Shown here one piece after another: positions 39,051 to 53,187 of a DNA stretch of 64,000 nt. Position 1 is the first letter of the stretch. Each line of letters begins with the position of its first letter. The translations under genes were made by a program, and so were the position numbers. Below the pieces are notes generated by a model. The model was not told the DNA's origin. It searched no databases and saw only the letters and a list, made by a program, of their open reading frames with translations. Source of the DNA: Eledone cirrhosa (taxonomy: Eukaryota); assembly GCA_964016885.1 (NCBI GenBank), contig OZ024742.1, forward strand, positions 307,830,001 to 307,894,000, written 5' to 3'.

Positions 39051-40154
39051 ATATATGACTTAGATCCAAGATTTAAATGATATTTCCATTGTAATGCTTT
39101 ATGGATCTCTTTTAACTCAGGGGCGATGCGTTGCATAATAATCTCTTATGTCACGTATACACACTGAACTCGTCTTAAAGAATATTGCATTTGGTTTTGC
39201 TTAGCTTGAGAATTTCTATTTTGATGCTCCAGCTGACTAAATAAATCTTTTACGCTGTGTATCTGTACCGCCTATTTGAACTACCGTACCTCTGCTGCGA
39301 AGTCTTAGACTGCTGGGTAAGTTTTGAAAGAGGTTCCAAGCATGTTAGTAAATCTATTTAGTGGAGGATAAGTATCATGGGCGATAGTTTTCATTCATCA
39401 TATTAATACATAAGATTTCTGACGAATGTCCATTTGCTGCTGACTGATTTTAAACAGGATCACTACATTCAAGTTTCTCGTATCTTCCTCTAAGAACCAT
39501 CTTCAATATGCACGATTTTCGCTTTTCATTTCCCGATGCTTTCAAAAATACATATTTCAAATTATGCAATGAGGAATGAAGCAATTTTTCGACTCAGTAT
39601 ATTATTAACAGTAAAGGTTAAATTGTTTGATTAATCAAGGTTGATCTGACCAGAAACAACACCGCCAAAATTACCACTACAACTCCATCGCCAGCCACAA
39701 CCCACAACAATATCCATAACTACTACATCAGCAACGACCGCATATACAGTAATGAATTCTAATTTAGGCACAAGGTCAGCAAATTAGGGGAAACTCGATT
39801 AAATCAAAATCAGTACTCTACTGATACACTACTGTATCGACCCCAGAAAAATAGCATATCTGACCTCGTTTAAATTTGAACCTTATCATCTTCAACATCA
39901 TCAACTTCCTCCTCCTCCTCCTCCTCATCATCATCATCATCACCATCATCATCACCATCATCACCTTCAACAACAACAATATCAACAACTATATATTTTA
40001 ACTTACATTTAGATTGGCCACCATTGCAGAGTCTACCGTCCAGATTCGTTTGTGTTTTCCATCCATGTTATCTAAGTCGATAATACACTTGAAGACACAT
40101 GACCTCTGCACAGTCTTATCTCGTATTCACTAAATATACGATGCCATTATCTAT

Positions 40155-40335
40155 GTGGATTGGCAGTATCGGTAGAGGGTCGGACGCCATGCTTTCCAGC
40201 ATAGTTACGTCCCTTTATGATCTGAGTTCAAATCCCGCCGAGGTTGACTCTGCCTTTCATCCTTACGGGGTCTATAAAATAAAGTACCAGTAATACACTG
40301 GGTAATTGCTGGCCTTGTGCCTAACGTAGAAACAA
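40155..40335 (+). mobile_element. tRNA-derived SINE
   Basis: Full match. TSD attatctat. Confidence 0.9.
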
Positions 40336-41073
40336 TTATCTATTTTAGGAAAGCAATGCCTAAAGAAATCTTCATTAATTACTAATTAATGTATTTTCAC
40401 TGAGACATGATGTTTTCTGAAGCAATAATTTCTATTTAATTAAATTCAAGAGGAGTCTATCTTGGTACTGCAAAACTTCAAAACTACAAACCTGCATGTC
40501 GTTTAACATCAATGTCGAAATAGGGCAAATTTCATCTCTCAAACCATTCCCTCACACTTTCTATCTTTTACTCTAAATTCTTGTTTGTATTACACGTTGT
40601 TTGTTAAGTTGATAATTAAATTGCATGTCTCACTGAATAAAACATACACTGTAACTAAATATTTCAGATAAAATAGGCAACATCTAATTGATATGACATT
40701 ATAGCCTAGAATAGTGTTAAACGGTTACGTTGTGTAAGTTATTGTGGGTTATCGAAAGTTTATTGCTTGTCGTACAGTCAATTACTTGAATTACTAGCCG
40801 TGATTATCCCATCTTTTTAGAGAATTTATCAGCGATTATGTTATCCAAAATCTTTCATTTCCCATGCGCACTTGGGAATGTGGTTTGGAAAAGATTGAGC
40901 TATTATTGGTAGAATGCCAAGGAAACTCGTAAAGTGACCATCATTGCCTTGTAATAAAAATGGTTCTATGCCTTAGCTACGGACGGGCAACTATTGTTAA
41001 ACGAAGCAATGTGGTTAATTAATAGACATTAGTATAATCTCTAGATTGAGAGAAGTCATTTATCTAATTAATT

Positions 41074-41257
41074 GTTTCTACTTTAGGCACAAGGCCAGCA
41101 ATTACCCAGTGCATTACTGGTACTTTATTTTATCGACCCCGTAAGGATGAAAGGCAAAGTCAACCTCGGCGGGATTTGAACTCAGATCATAAAGGGACGT
41201 AACTATGCTGGAAAGCATGGCGTCCAACCCTCTACCAATACTGCCAATCCACCACCT
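41074..41257 (-). mobile_element. tRNA-derived SINE with 18-bp TSD
   Basis: TSD gtcatttatctaattaat at 41056-41073 and 41258-41275. Confidence 0.92.
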
Positions 41258-41501
41258 GTCATTTATCTAATTAATGCCACAGGGAAATATAGAAATATCA
41301 AGACACCATACCAAAAATCTATTTGGTGAATTCGAAGATGTATTAGAATTAAATAGAATTTAAATTTAATCATGCTTCGGCATAAATTCTTATATAGTGT
41401 TTTTTTCTAACTTGGGTTGTATATAGGCATACATACACATTCAACCAAGCATACATCATACTTACGAGTACATATGCGCACACACATACACGATCACACG
41501 C

Positions 41502-41548
<47 letters not shown>

Positions 41549-41906
41549 GAGAGATAAATGCATACGTGTGTGTATATACGTACATAAACATATATGTCTA
41601 CACACACATACATATATATATATTCATATGTGTTTGTGTGTGCGTGTGTCTGTGTGTATGTGTGTGTGGTTTGGTTAGTTTGGAATTAACTGGCACAATG
41701 CAAATCAATATAAAGTTATGAATTACTTATAATATAAAGTTATGAAATACTTTCGTATTTTGGAGTTTAAAAACATTTTTCAAACAGCAGAAATAAGTCT
41801 GTGATGAAATACGATAATTGAAGTGAATATAAATATAATTGTCTGTCCTGAAATGTCTATAATGCACCAGTGATTGAATGGTTGTTAATACACACACACA
41901 CACACA

Positions 41907-42007
<101 letters not shown>

Positions 42008-42053
42008 AGTTAAAACAATGAAATAAAAATTCAAGTCATTAGAAATATACTTC

Positions 42054-42138
<85 letters not shown>

Positions 42139-42204
42139 TTATATATAGTGTATTGATATGATTGATGTTATATTGATAATTCCTACTTGCTCCTTATTAT
42201 ATAC

Positions 42205-42600
42205 ATAATGGTTTCTTATATAGGCACAAGGCCGTCAATGTTGGGGGAGTAGAAAGTCGGTAAAATTGACTCTAGTGTATTACTGGTACTTTATTTTATC
42301 GACCCCGTAAGGATGAAAGGCGAAGTTAACCTCGGCAGGATTTGAACTCAGATCGTAAAGGGCCTTATTATATACATAATTGTTTCTATTTTTGGCACAA
42401 GGCCAGCAATTTGAAGGAGAAGGAAAAGTCGATTAAATAGAACTCAGTACTTACTGGTGCTTTATTTCATCGACCCCCGTAAGGATGAAAGGCAAGTTTA
42501 ATCTCGGGATGGCATTGAAATCAGAGTGTAAAGGGCCGTAACTCTATGCTAAAAAGCATGGCATCCGATCTTCTAGCGATACTGCCAATCCACCGCCTTT
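42205..42600 (-). mobile_element. Two tandem SINE copies (one 5'-truncated)
   Basis: 42209-42364 and 42380-42598. ccttattatatacataat is duplicated around the first copy. Confidence 0.85.
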
Positions 42601-42629
42601 AGTAGTAGCAATAATAATAATAATAATAA

Positions 42630-43012
42630 TGTGGACAAAGAAAAAAGATTGTGTCTGATTGTGGATGTGACCTGCCCGTTCGACACGAGAGTGCAAGAGA
42701 AGGAGAGGGAGAAAATTAACCGATACCAGGACCTAAAGTGGGAGGTGAAAAGGATTTGGAACTGCCATGATGTCAAAGTGATCCCGATTGTCATAGGCGC
42801 ACTGGGGACTATCTCCAAAAGTTTCCAGGGATGGTTAAAGAACATCGGCCCCTTCACGCTTTTTGGAACGCTTCAAAAGGCATGCTTGCTTGGAACAGCA
42901 AGAACCCTCCGATACGTCCTGAATATCTGAGGCTGCAGGTAGTGGCTTGATATTCATTCCAACGGACTTTCCAGTTAACCAACATCAATGACTGAGATTC
43001 AAGGAATAACAA
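42630..43012 (+). mobile_element. R4/Dong LINE family D1, 3' fragment (endonuclease C-terminus plus UTR)
   Basis: ORF 42631-42930 IVDVTCPFD..EKINRYQDL..PIVIGALG. (TAA)n on both sides. Confidence 0.92.
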
Positions 43013-43034
43013 CAATAATAATAATAATAATAAT

Positions 43035-45229
43035 GATTTCTTTATTAACCACAAGGGTTACATAAAGTAGACATTAAGGACAGTACAGGACAATATAGGG
43101 CGGTACAAATGGGCATTTCTGCGCGTAAAAAACAAGAAACAGAGGATGTAATAATAGAACAATGAAAAAAGTCCCCTATAGGGGGGATACTTCCGAGGGA
43201 CATTTGTGGAGAAAGCCCATTAAAAGGCCACAGTGACCCTGACCACCAGGGCAAGTGCCCTATCCCAGTTTTCCACCTTTAATTTACAGACAGATACTCA
43301 GAGTAAGCCCATTCACTCGGGCCATACTTGCTTCTCTCACCCATCTTTCGAACAAATGCTGGGAAGAGAACACTTCTCTCTCTAACTTGATTTTCCATTT
43401 CAAATGAAAGTTAAAAAAGTTAATCAGGGCATCACCGAAGAGGGCTGTGAGCGCCTGAAGCCATTCCAGTCTCCAAGCGCCCCCTCTCGGTCTTGGCTTG
43501 ACCCAGGACTGCAGCTCCGTCAAGGAAACGAGCTGGGGAAAGACGCGTCTAGCAAACGGCGACCACACCTGATCACCGTCGAGGAAGAGTGGAGATGTCG
43601 TAGCCTGAGCGCGTGTCTGCGCATCATCAGCCACGGCATGCCCAGCTCTCCACGTAGCGGGTGTTGACAGCAGATGGACCGCCTGACCATCGGAGCCCGT
43701 CCCTTCCACAAAAAGCGAAAGAGCAAGCGCTCCACCGCAGTCAGGCGGGGCTTAGGACAAGGTACGACGGTCAGGCGGTAGTAGATGACGGACGCGGTAG
43801 TAGATGACGGACGCGGACTTCTGTTGTTGCTGCTACAGTTGTTGCTGCCATCTCTGCTACTGGTGGTGTTGATGGTTGTGTCACTGGGGTGGGTAGGAGA
43901 GGTGGCCTCAACCTTTTAGCCTGAGGGCAGAAAGCCCTTAGGTGGGTTCCTTCACCACAAACGACACTCCTAGGTCTTCTGCCCTCGACAATTACCGTGA
44001 GGTGGCTGCCGTCAGTGAGGTCTATTACCTCTGGGATCTCCTCAATGCTTTTTTTGGTCCGCTTGGATCAGGAGATCCATCCCAGATCCGGACCAGTTCT
44101 CCTGCTTTTCTTTTGCTATTGCTATTATTTTTGTGTTGGCTTCGATGCCGGCGAGGACGGCCGCTATTAGCCAGGGAATTTCGATCGCCGGTGGAACGTG
44201 GGTCACCCTGATCTTTACGAGTCTCTGGCCACAATAGCTTGGGACGAGTGTGAAGTCGTCACTTCTTAATGGGGCCATGGAGTGTTCTCTAGCCTCCTCT
44301 GGTGTTTCAAAGAACACGTCCACGGTTCCATATTTCTGCCCACGTCTGGTGTGGTTTGTTTTGCCGACACATGTCCCAAAGCTTTTTGGATTTGGGACTC
44401 GGATGCCCGTTCCACTCGGCGCGATTTTACATTTATTGTTCGATACAACACGGTGCATAGGCGCCGATGCTCCATTTTATTAGGTGTGTGGGGGGGGGTG
44501 AGGCTGACCCTGTACCCACTTTCTTTACCATTTGTTTGGCATTTTCTAAATCCTCCTGAGTTACCGTAAATGCTTCGAACTGTTTTGCTACTCTGGCGAA
44601 ACTGAGGGTGGTTTTTATAATGTCATTGTTGTTGTTGTTGCTATCGTTATTTGTGTTAATATTAATTTTAGTTTCAGTTGTGGTGGTGGTGACGTCAGTC
44701 GTCTTTGGTGTCGGAAGAGTCCATTTTGCTTGATTTCATTTCGACATCACGAGTTAATTTATTTTTTCTTCTTTTGTTTCTGTTGTCGCGGTGGGGGTGG
44801 GGGTTGTTGCGGTGGTGGTGGTGGTAGAGGCTTTAACACCTGCAGTCATTGGTAATGGCGGGAAATGAATGTCTGCCTGAGACAAATTTAAAATATTGCT
44901 ACTGCTTATATTTTTTGTCGTGTTGGCAAACGTAGTAACATTTACAATGGTGGTGTCGGTGTGAGGTGTTAATTTATGAGGAAGGCTTTCAGCTGCTTGG
45001 TGCAGAGGTGAATTAGCCATTTTTTTTCAAAGAAATTTTTTGATAATAATAAAGGTTTAAATTTTGGGCACAAGGCCCTAATCTTTTTGGGTGTCCTTTT
45101 CGGAAAACAATGTATGTGCTCTTATATATGGTTAACAATAAAAATTTCCCATAAATGGCAATTTTTAACAAACGGAAATAACAAAACTTTGCGGAGCTCA
45201 CGATGATACGATTTACTACGTAGGTCGCC
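43035..45229 (-). mobile_element. Internally deleted Tx1/L1-clade LINE (type A 5'/ORF1 plus remnant of ORF2 3' end)
   Basis: ORF1 from 45020 with RPRSVVCGEGTHLRAFC knuckle. 43035-43800 matches 46944-47355 and 47866-48225. AATAAA then (ATT)n tail. Confidence 0.88.
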
Positions 45230-45277
<48 letters not shown>

Positions 45278-45290
45278 TATTATTATTATT

Positions 45291-46915
45291 CTGTTGTTTG
45301 TCCTTGCCCTGATGCCCTTGACCATTATGCTGCGAAAAGTGAGAGCAGGATACAAGTTGGGAAGGGGAGAGCTTACCATCAATCACCTCCTCTTCATGGA
45401 AGATCTTAAGCTCTTCGGGAAAAGTGAGAAGGAGTTGGATGTGCTTGTTGACACTGTCCGTATTTTCAGCAGTGATATATGTATGCAGTTTGGTATTGGT
45501 AAATGTGGAGTCATTGTGATGAAGGGGGGTAGGTTGAGCAGAAGTAACGGGATCCAGATACCAACAGGTGAGATGATAAAGGAAATTGACTCTGAGGAAG
45601 GATACAAGTATTTGGGCGTTCTGGAGGCTGATGGCATAAAGAACAAAAAAATGAAGGAATTGTTAAGAACTGAATACATTCGGAGAGTAAGGAGCGTATT
45701 GAAGTCACATCTGAACAGCAGAAATGCCATAAGCGCAGTAAATTCCCGAGCTGTGTCTATTATTAGGTACAGTGCGGGAATTCTGAGATGGAATGTTACT
45801 GAACAAAAAGAAATGGATAGGAAGACTAGGAAGCTATTGACTATCTACAACATGTTCCACAAGAGGAGTGATGTCGATAGACTCTACCTAAGGAGATCTG
45901 AGGGTGGAAGAGGTCTTATCAGCATAGAGGACTGTGTTCAGATGGAGAAAAACAACCTATACAAATACGTGACCTATAGTAAGGAGCCAATGCTCAGAAC
46001 TGTACTGAAGGAGGGGACAGTAGGCCAGGGGATGTCCAAGGAGGAAATAACATTAAGGAGGAAGAGCAGCCTTAAGGGAAAATCCCTTCATAGTACCTTC
46101 TTTGAGAAAACTGAATTTAGAGATCCACAAACATGGAACTGGTTGAGAAGAGGAGACCTCAAAAAGGCTACAGAAGGAATGCTAATGGCTGCGCAGGAGC
46201 AGGCCCTCAAAACGAAGTGGTTGAAGCACCATATCTACAAGGAGGAGGCTAGCCCACTGTGCAGGATCTGTGGAGAGAGAGAGGAGACTGTGGCTCACAT
46301 TGTGTCCGAGTGTAAACACCTAGCCCAGACCCACTATAAGGGCTGGAGACACGATGTGATGGGCAGGGTGATCCACTGGCACCTGTGCAAAGTAAACAAT
46401 TTACCACATTCTGAGAAATGGTATGAGCATAGGCCAGAGGCGGTGATGGAGAACAATCAGGTGAAGGTGCTGTGGGATTTTAGGATACAGACGGACAAAA
46501 AACTGGAACACAATAGACCTGACCTGGTGGTTGTGGACAAAGAAAAAAGATCGTGTCTGATTGTGGATGTGGCCTGCCCGTTCGACACAAGAGTGCAAGA
46601 GAAGGAGAGGGAGAAAATTAACCGATACCAGGACCTAAAGTGGGAGGTGAAAAGGATCTGGAACTGCCATGAAGTCAAAGTGATCCCGATTGTCATAGGC
46701 GCACTGGGGACTATCTCCAAAAGTTTCCAGGGATGGTTAAAGAAAATCGGCCCCTTCACGCTTTTTGGAACGCTTCAAAAGGCATGCTTGCTTGGAACAG
46801 CAAGAACCCTCCGATACGTCCTGAATATCTGAGGCTGCAGGTAGTGGCTTGATATTCAATCCAACGGACTTTCCAGTTAACCAACATCAATGACTGAGAT
46901 TCAAGGAATAACAAC
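45291..46915 (+). mobile_element. R4/Dong LINE family D1, 5'-truncated, with open 512-aa ORF 45294-46832
   Basis: HLLFMEDLKLFG, DRLYLRRSEGGRGL, CRICGEREETVAHIVSEC, RHD, HNRPDLVVVD..DV..EK. TAA flanks. Confidence 0.95.
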
Positions 46916-47194
46916 AATAGTAATAATAATAATAATAATAATACTGATTTCTTTATTAACCACAAGGGTTTACATAAAGTAGACATTAAGGACAGTGCAG
47001 GACAATACAGGACGCTACTAATGTGCATTTCTCCGTGTAAAAAACAAAAACAGAGGATGTAACAAAACAATAACAATGAAAAATTCCCCAATATGGGGGT
47101 GACTTCGGAGGGACATTTGTGGAGAAAGCCCAGTAAAAGGCCACAGTGACCCTGACCACCAAGGCAAGTGCCCTCTCCCAGTTTTCCACCTTTA

Positions 47195-50100
47195 ATTTAC
47201 ATATACGTACTCAGAGTAGGCCCATTCACTCGGGCCATTCTTGCTTCTCTCACCCATCTTTCAACAAAATGCTGGGAAGAGAGCACTTCCCTCTCTACTC
47301 TGATTTTCCTTTACAAATGAAACTTGAAAAAGTTAATCAGGGCATCACCGAAGAGGTGAGTGCTCGTCTTCAGCCCTTTCAAACGTGTCCACCATACTAT
47401 CTCTTTCGCCATGGCCACCAGACAGATAAAAACTGCCTGCCCTTCCCGGCTAAAGGAAGAAGGCGGGGCAATCCTCACAATGAACTCAGATGGTAGCCGG
47501 ATCCGTCCTACACACGACAGCAGGTGTTCGACATAAACCCACAAGTCAGAAATTTTCGGACACTGAACGAATGCGTGCAGGATGGTTTCGTCGCCCTGCG
47601 CGCATCTCGGACATGCCCGGCTGACGGCACATCCATGCCTATAGGGTTTATACCGAACTGGCAAGGCTCCTCGGTAGCACTGCCAGGCCAGGGATTTCTG
47701 GAAGTTGTCCATAGGTCCCGGCTCGAAAGTCCTTCCGAGGAGATTGGCTAGTTGATTTTCGTCGACGCCTAGAGTCTCCCCAAGTACGTCGTCGCTCTTC
47801 CCCTCCACTAATCCTCTATAGAACGCCGTGGTGGAGTTTCCACCGATCACATTGCCCGATTGGTCGAGGGCTGTGAGCGCCTGAAGACATTCCAGTCTCC
47901 AGGCGCCCCCTCTCGGTCTTCGCTTGACCCAGGACTGCAGCTCCGTCAAGGAAACGAGCTGGGGAAAAACGTGTCTAGCAAACGGCGACTACACCTGATC
48001 ACCGTCGAGGAAGAGGTGGAGATGTCGTAGCCTGAGCGCGTGTCTGCGCATCATCAGCCACGGCATTCTCAGCCCTCCACGTAGCGGGTGTTGACAGCAG
48101 ATGGACCGCCTGACCATCGGAGCCCGTCCCTTCCACAAAAAGCGAAAGAGCAAACGCTCCAGCGCAGTCAGGCGGGGCTTAGGACAAGGTACGACGGTCA
48201 GGCGGTAGCTGATGACAGACGCGATGTACGCGTTAGCCACCTCCGCTCGACTTTTCAGGGATAGCTTCCTCTCCGCCCATTTCTGGGTGAGAGAAGCCAC
48301 CCTGCTCGTCACCTCGTCCCAGTTTTTGTCCGTCTGGAGGTCCGGACCGAACCAGACCCCTAGCAATTTAACCGGTCCGTCCGTCCCGCGTCCGACGACG
48401 CTGTTGGACGGCATGGACCTGCCTCTCCAGGTGCCAAGCTGCAGGCTCACTGACTTTTCCTGGTTGATCATTGCTCCTGTCACCGCTTCGTATTCTCTTA
48501 GTGTAGTGCCGATCGCCTCGATGTGTTTGGAGTTCGACACCACGACGGTGACATCGTCCGCATATGCTGACACGGATATTCCGCATCCTAGTTCGCGCGG
48601 GACGCCTCTCAACGTCTCCAGTTTGTGCAGTAATGGCTCGAGAGTCAATACGTACAAGAGGGACGAGAGGGGACATCCTTGGCGGACCGAGCGCATGATG
48701 TTGAACGGTTCCGAAAGGTGACCGTTCACTCTCACCACAGAGCAGATGTCACTGTGCATGGCAGCGATCCAGCCTCTGAAGACGGGCCCAAAGCCAGCCG
48801 CCCACAGGACTGCCGCTAGGTAACGAAAGCTTTCGACTGATCTAAATTGATCAAAGACCCACCCGTGCCAGGTTCCCTAGCTACCCTCTCTACGATGTAT
48901 CGCATGAGGTGGAGATTGTCGTGGATGGATCTGTAGGGAATGGCGCATGTCTGTGCCTCTCCCACCAGACCATCAACGACAAGCGCCAACCTCTTTGCTA
49001 GCACCTTGGCCAAAATCTTGAACTCTGTGTTTAGCAGAGTTATGGGCCTAAAATTATCTATCTTATCCCCCTTGTTCGGATCCTTTCTCAGCAGTGCCAC
49101 CGCTCCTCAGCTCACAGAGCTGGGAATTCTCCCGTTCTGTTGCCAGTTGCAGTAGACGTCCGCCAAGAGGCTTCCGAACAAGTCTGGCATCTGTACGTAA
49201 AGTTCATAGGGCAGACCATCCAAACCAGGCGATTTACCCCTTGTGCAGCCAGTCATTGCCTCCCGTACTTCAGCGGCTGTTATCGGCTTTTCGCAACACT
49301 CCGCCTCAGTGGCCGAGAGCCGCGGCAGTCCGTCGAGGTAGACACTAAAGTCCATCCCTCGACCCGGCCCACCGCTGCTCCCGAACAGCTGAGCGAAGTG
49401 TCGCTGAAAAGCTTCACACATTTTCCCGGGATCGAGTAGCATGCGCCCGTTGTGGTCCACCAAAGACCTGATCGTGGCTTTGTTGCCACGGCGTGCTTCC
49501 GCCACTGGGGCCCATTGAACGGCTTTCGTCCCCTCGTGTCGCGATGCCTTTACTAAGCGCCTCGTCTAATTTTCTAACTAGTTCTCCCTCTGCTCTATTT
49601 TTCTCCATTGCTAAAGCCTTACTAAACCTAATGGACTCTATTCTAATCGCTCTTTTCGGAGCAAACCACCACTTGTTGTTGACGATGGCCCCCGTCAACG
49701 CCCACTTAACTAGTTCGCTAATCCGGTCTCTGTAGGCCTTGCGCGCTGGTAAGGACGCGTTTAGCTTCCAGTAGCCGTGTTCTTGTCTATGAAGCCTATC
49801 TAAGTCAAGCACACAGATCACGAATTTGTGGTCCATGTAGCTGACTATCTTGAATTGTGGACAGCCTATGCTAGACCTATCTATTTCCCTACAAAATACT
49901 CTATCTAGATATGATCTGGATGACCCTATGCGATTTGTCCAAGTCCACATTAGCACATTCGGGAAATCCAATCGGTACATGTCAGACAGTTCAAAACGCC
50001 TGAGCAGGTTGGTGAGGCTATTGCACCCTCCTCCTCTATCCGCTAATCCCACACAGTTCCAGCGTGCATCTAAGATCCAGTTCCAGTCGCCCACTAACAC

Positions 50101-50508
50101 TAAAGAGTGGGACGTTCCAAGAAAGGTATCCAGACGCGGGAAGAAATCAGGCCGCCCTGATCCTGTCGGGGCATAGATGGCCACTAGCCTGAAAGCTTGC
50201 CTGTCTCCGCTGGTCACGTCCAGCACCACCAACTTACCCTCTGAGTCCAGGAAGATGGCCCGTATGGCGAGATCCAAACCTCTCCGAAAAAGCACAGCAA
50301 CTCCTCCCCCCGATCCAGGACGGCTGGGAGATGCATACACATCGTAGCCGCCGAAGATCGGTGCGAAGGCCCGTGATTCGGAGATTCTGGTCTCGCTGAT
50401 GGCCACTACTTCTATGTTTAGTGACCTGAGGTCATTGAGCAGGTGGCCCTGTTTCCATGACGACCCCAAGCCACGCGCATTTATGCTGCCTATTCTCAGT
50501 GAGGTCAT
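47195..50508 (-). pseudogene. Tx1 ORF2: APE endonuclease, RT and C-terminal CCHC (zf-RVT), disrupted
   Basis: SINARGL, ISETR, IYAP, GDWN, SYLDRVF, DH; KSPGLDGLPYE, FRPITLLNTEFKILAK, DQSKAF, RQGCPLS, AYADD; CPRC..ETILHAFVQCP. Confidence 0.93.
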
Positions 50509-50542
50509 GTTGAAATGGTGTTGAAAAGATAGGAAAGACCAC

Positions 50543-52292
50543 TTACCTTACTTCTTCTCTCAGAGGAAGGATGGTTTCTCCATCCCTTTTCACTTGATCG
50601 TCTGGTGAAGGGACCGTTGAATCGTCCCTTCGGCTGGTCGTCGGCTCTTCTATGAGTGTGTTCGAATATACTCTCCGGTTGAGAGTCCCTCCTAGGTCTG
50701 TGAAATCACCAACTGCGTTGGGGAATTTCGTTTTAATGTTTGTGTATTGTTTCTGTGCTATTCTTAGCAGTCTTATGTTCGTTTGTGTTTTGATTGTTGC
50801 TGGTATTATGTAGTCGTGCTGTAAAATGTCTGTGTTCAATTATGTAAGTCATTAGTTTCTTGTGTATTTATTGCCGTGCATTTGTTTTTCTGGGGGTGGG
50901 GTGTGGTTCTGCTATTTTCTTGTCGTTGTTGCTGGGTGTGTGTGTTTTGTTGTTGTGTTTGCGATGTTGGTGCTTGTGGTGGTGGTGTTGAAGGTGTTGT
51001 TGTTGTTGGCGGTGGGGTTGTCGCCGGTGGTGATGGTGGTGCTAGTTTGGGTGGTGATGGTGTTGGTGATGTTGCTGCTGTAAGTCTCTTTGCAGTAGCC
51101 TTTACCCTTTATTCATTTCTTTCCTCCCTTTTCGAAGGCGACGATGCGCTGCTTCTGCGTTTGTGCCTTCTTGCGACCTTTTGCCATCCCTCTCCCACCT
51201 CACACTCCATGTCTGATTCTGTGAGGTCGGGGAGGGGTACCAGCTCCACTCTTTCACTTGTTGTTGTTGGCGATGTTTGCAGTGGAGTCTCTGTTGGAGC
51301 TGCAGTTGGTATTACTGTTGTTGTTGTTAATACTTCCACTGCTGCTGCTGCTGTTCTTGATTTCCGTGGCGTGGGTATGGGTGCCACGGACCTATCGTTC
51401 CTAGTTGCCGCTTGTCCTGTTGCTGGTAGCAGTGGAGCCGGTTTCGGAAGCAGGAGGGTTTTCTCCTTTCTCAGGGTCTTCTCGTTGCAGAAGGCCCTGA
51501 GGTGAGTCTTCGATCCACAGCGAAAGCATTTCGGGCGTTTGCCTCAACACTTATGGGCAGTTGAGTGCCGTTATCGAAGTCTATCACATCCGGGATAGCT
51601 TCGATGCATTCCTGGTTGGTTTGGATTAACATCTCAATGGAGGTGCCGAGCCAATCTTCTCTTACTCTTTTCTGTACTTGCAGTACAGTTGTTTTGTCCT
51701 CGATTCCGACGAGGACAGACGCGGTCAGCCAAGAAGGGGCCATCCCGGGGGGACGGGGACGGGGGGACGTGGGTCAGTTTGACCCTCATCATTTTTTACC
51801 CGCAGTAGGAGGGCACCCACACCATTTCCTCGCTCCTTAGGATCACTAAGGATTGAGCCTTTGCCTCCTGGGGTGTGGCAAAAAGCACGTCTACGGTGGC
51901 ATATTTCTTGCCTCGGGTGATATGCGTTTTCCGCTTCCACACAGACCCTAAGGCTTTTTGTATTTGAGCCTCTGTGGCTCTTTCAACCCTACGGGATTTT
52001 GTGCTTACTGTACGGTCCGTGACCGTACAGTGCTGTTGGGTTTCGAACAATTTTTCGGCTGCCTTGCAGATTGCTCGGTGTCCGGTTTTCGTCACCATCT
52101 TCTTCGCTTCCTGTAATTCCTCATTTCTTATGAGGATGGTTTCCAGGTTCTTTGCGATACCTGCAAACGAAATTGGTTTTTCTTTGCTGCTGTTGTTGTT
52201 GTTGTTGTTGTCGTCGTCAGAGCTGCTGTTACTTTTGTTGTTGCTGCAGGTACTACGACTACTGCCGCCGCCGCTGTTGCTGTGGTTGTTGT

Positions 52293-52324
<32 letters not shown>

Positions 52325-52668
52325 TTGCTGCTAATGGTGTTGTTGTTTATGCTGCTGCTGATGCTGTTGCGGCTGCTACTGTTGTTTTCCTTGTCACTGT
52401 TGCTGCTGCTGCTGTTATTACGGCTGCTACTGCTATTATTCATGACGTCAGACGAATGAAATGGGTTTTCGTATTTACCGCACACCTTTTTCGTCATTGT
52501 CGTCGTCGTGGAGAAATGTTCCATGATTTTCACGTGATTTTTCTTGACTGGCGTCGCTTGCGAAAGAGAAGGGAGGGAGAGAGACAATCTTCTCTCTGCT
52601 GTAGTGACGATTGAGGAAGAAGACGGAATGAATGGGAGTGACTTGTGAAAATTCTTTTTGGTAGCCAT
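50543..52668 (-). pseudogene. Tx1 ORF1 type B (S/N-rich N-terminus, zinc knuckle, T/P-rich C-terminus), disrupted
   Basis: ORF pieces 51796-52668, 51471-51743, 51109-51387 and 50543-50839. CFRCGSKTHLRAFC near 51490-51530. Confidence 0.8.
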
Positions 52669-53187
52669 GTTTTTTTGGGTTTAAAATAAATATTGGGCAC
52701 AAAACCTCAATAAGCGGTTATTTAACCCCGAAGGGCCAAATAACGGACAGACAGACCCCTCTCACGAGGAGGAGGGTGTTTTTGTCTACAATTTGGTTAA
52801 AGTTTTAAACAATTTACAATTGTTATAACGGTCAAAATTTACAATACTTTACAGAGCCGAGCCTCCGTCAACCATGGCATTCAATAATAATAATAATAAT
52901 GATAATAATTTCATTTATTAGCCACAAGGGCCGACATGTAGGGGACAATATAAAGACAGGGACAGTGGGGGTTTACAATAAGGTTTAGAAAAAGTTCACA
53001 ATGGCAAGACTAATTTAACAATGCAGATATAAAAAAATATAAAATAAACTATGCATAAATATAAGAAAATATATTCCCCGATATGGGGTGGACGACCCCG
53101 GGGTGACTCAGGTACCCCACCAATCCTGAACCGCCCAGCGCTTCTAGGGCACCCAGGGAGAGCACCCCTCTCCTCAAGATAGCTAGC

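Larger units (their letters stand above)
46944..52882 (-). mobile_element. Full-length (~5.9 kb) Tx1/L1-clade LINE, type B ORF1, frameshifted
   Basis: ORF1 52668 to 50543 and ORF2 50508 to about 47195. Poly(A) signal. TAA flanks. Confidence 0.93.

Noticed and set aside
52840-52882. HDV-like ribozyme at Tx1 5' ends (also 45229, 58762, 63230)
   Set aside because: I could not build the nested double pseudoknot by eye.
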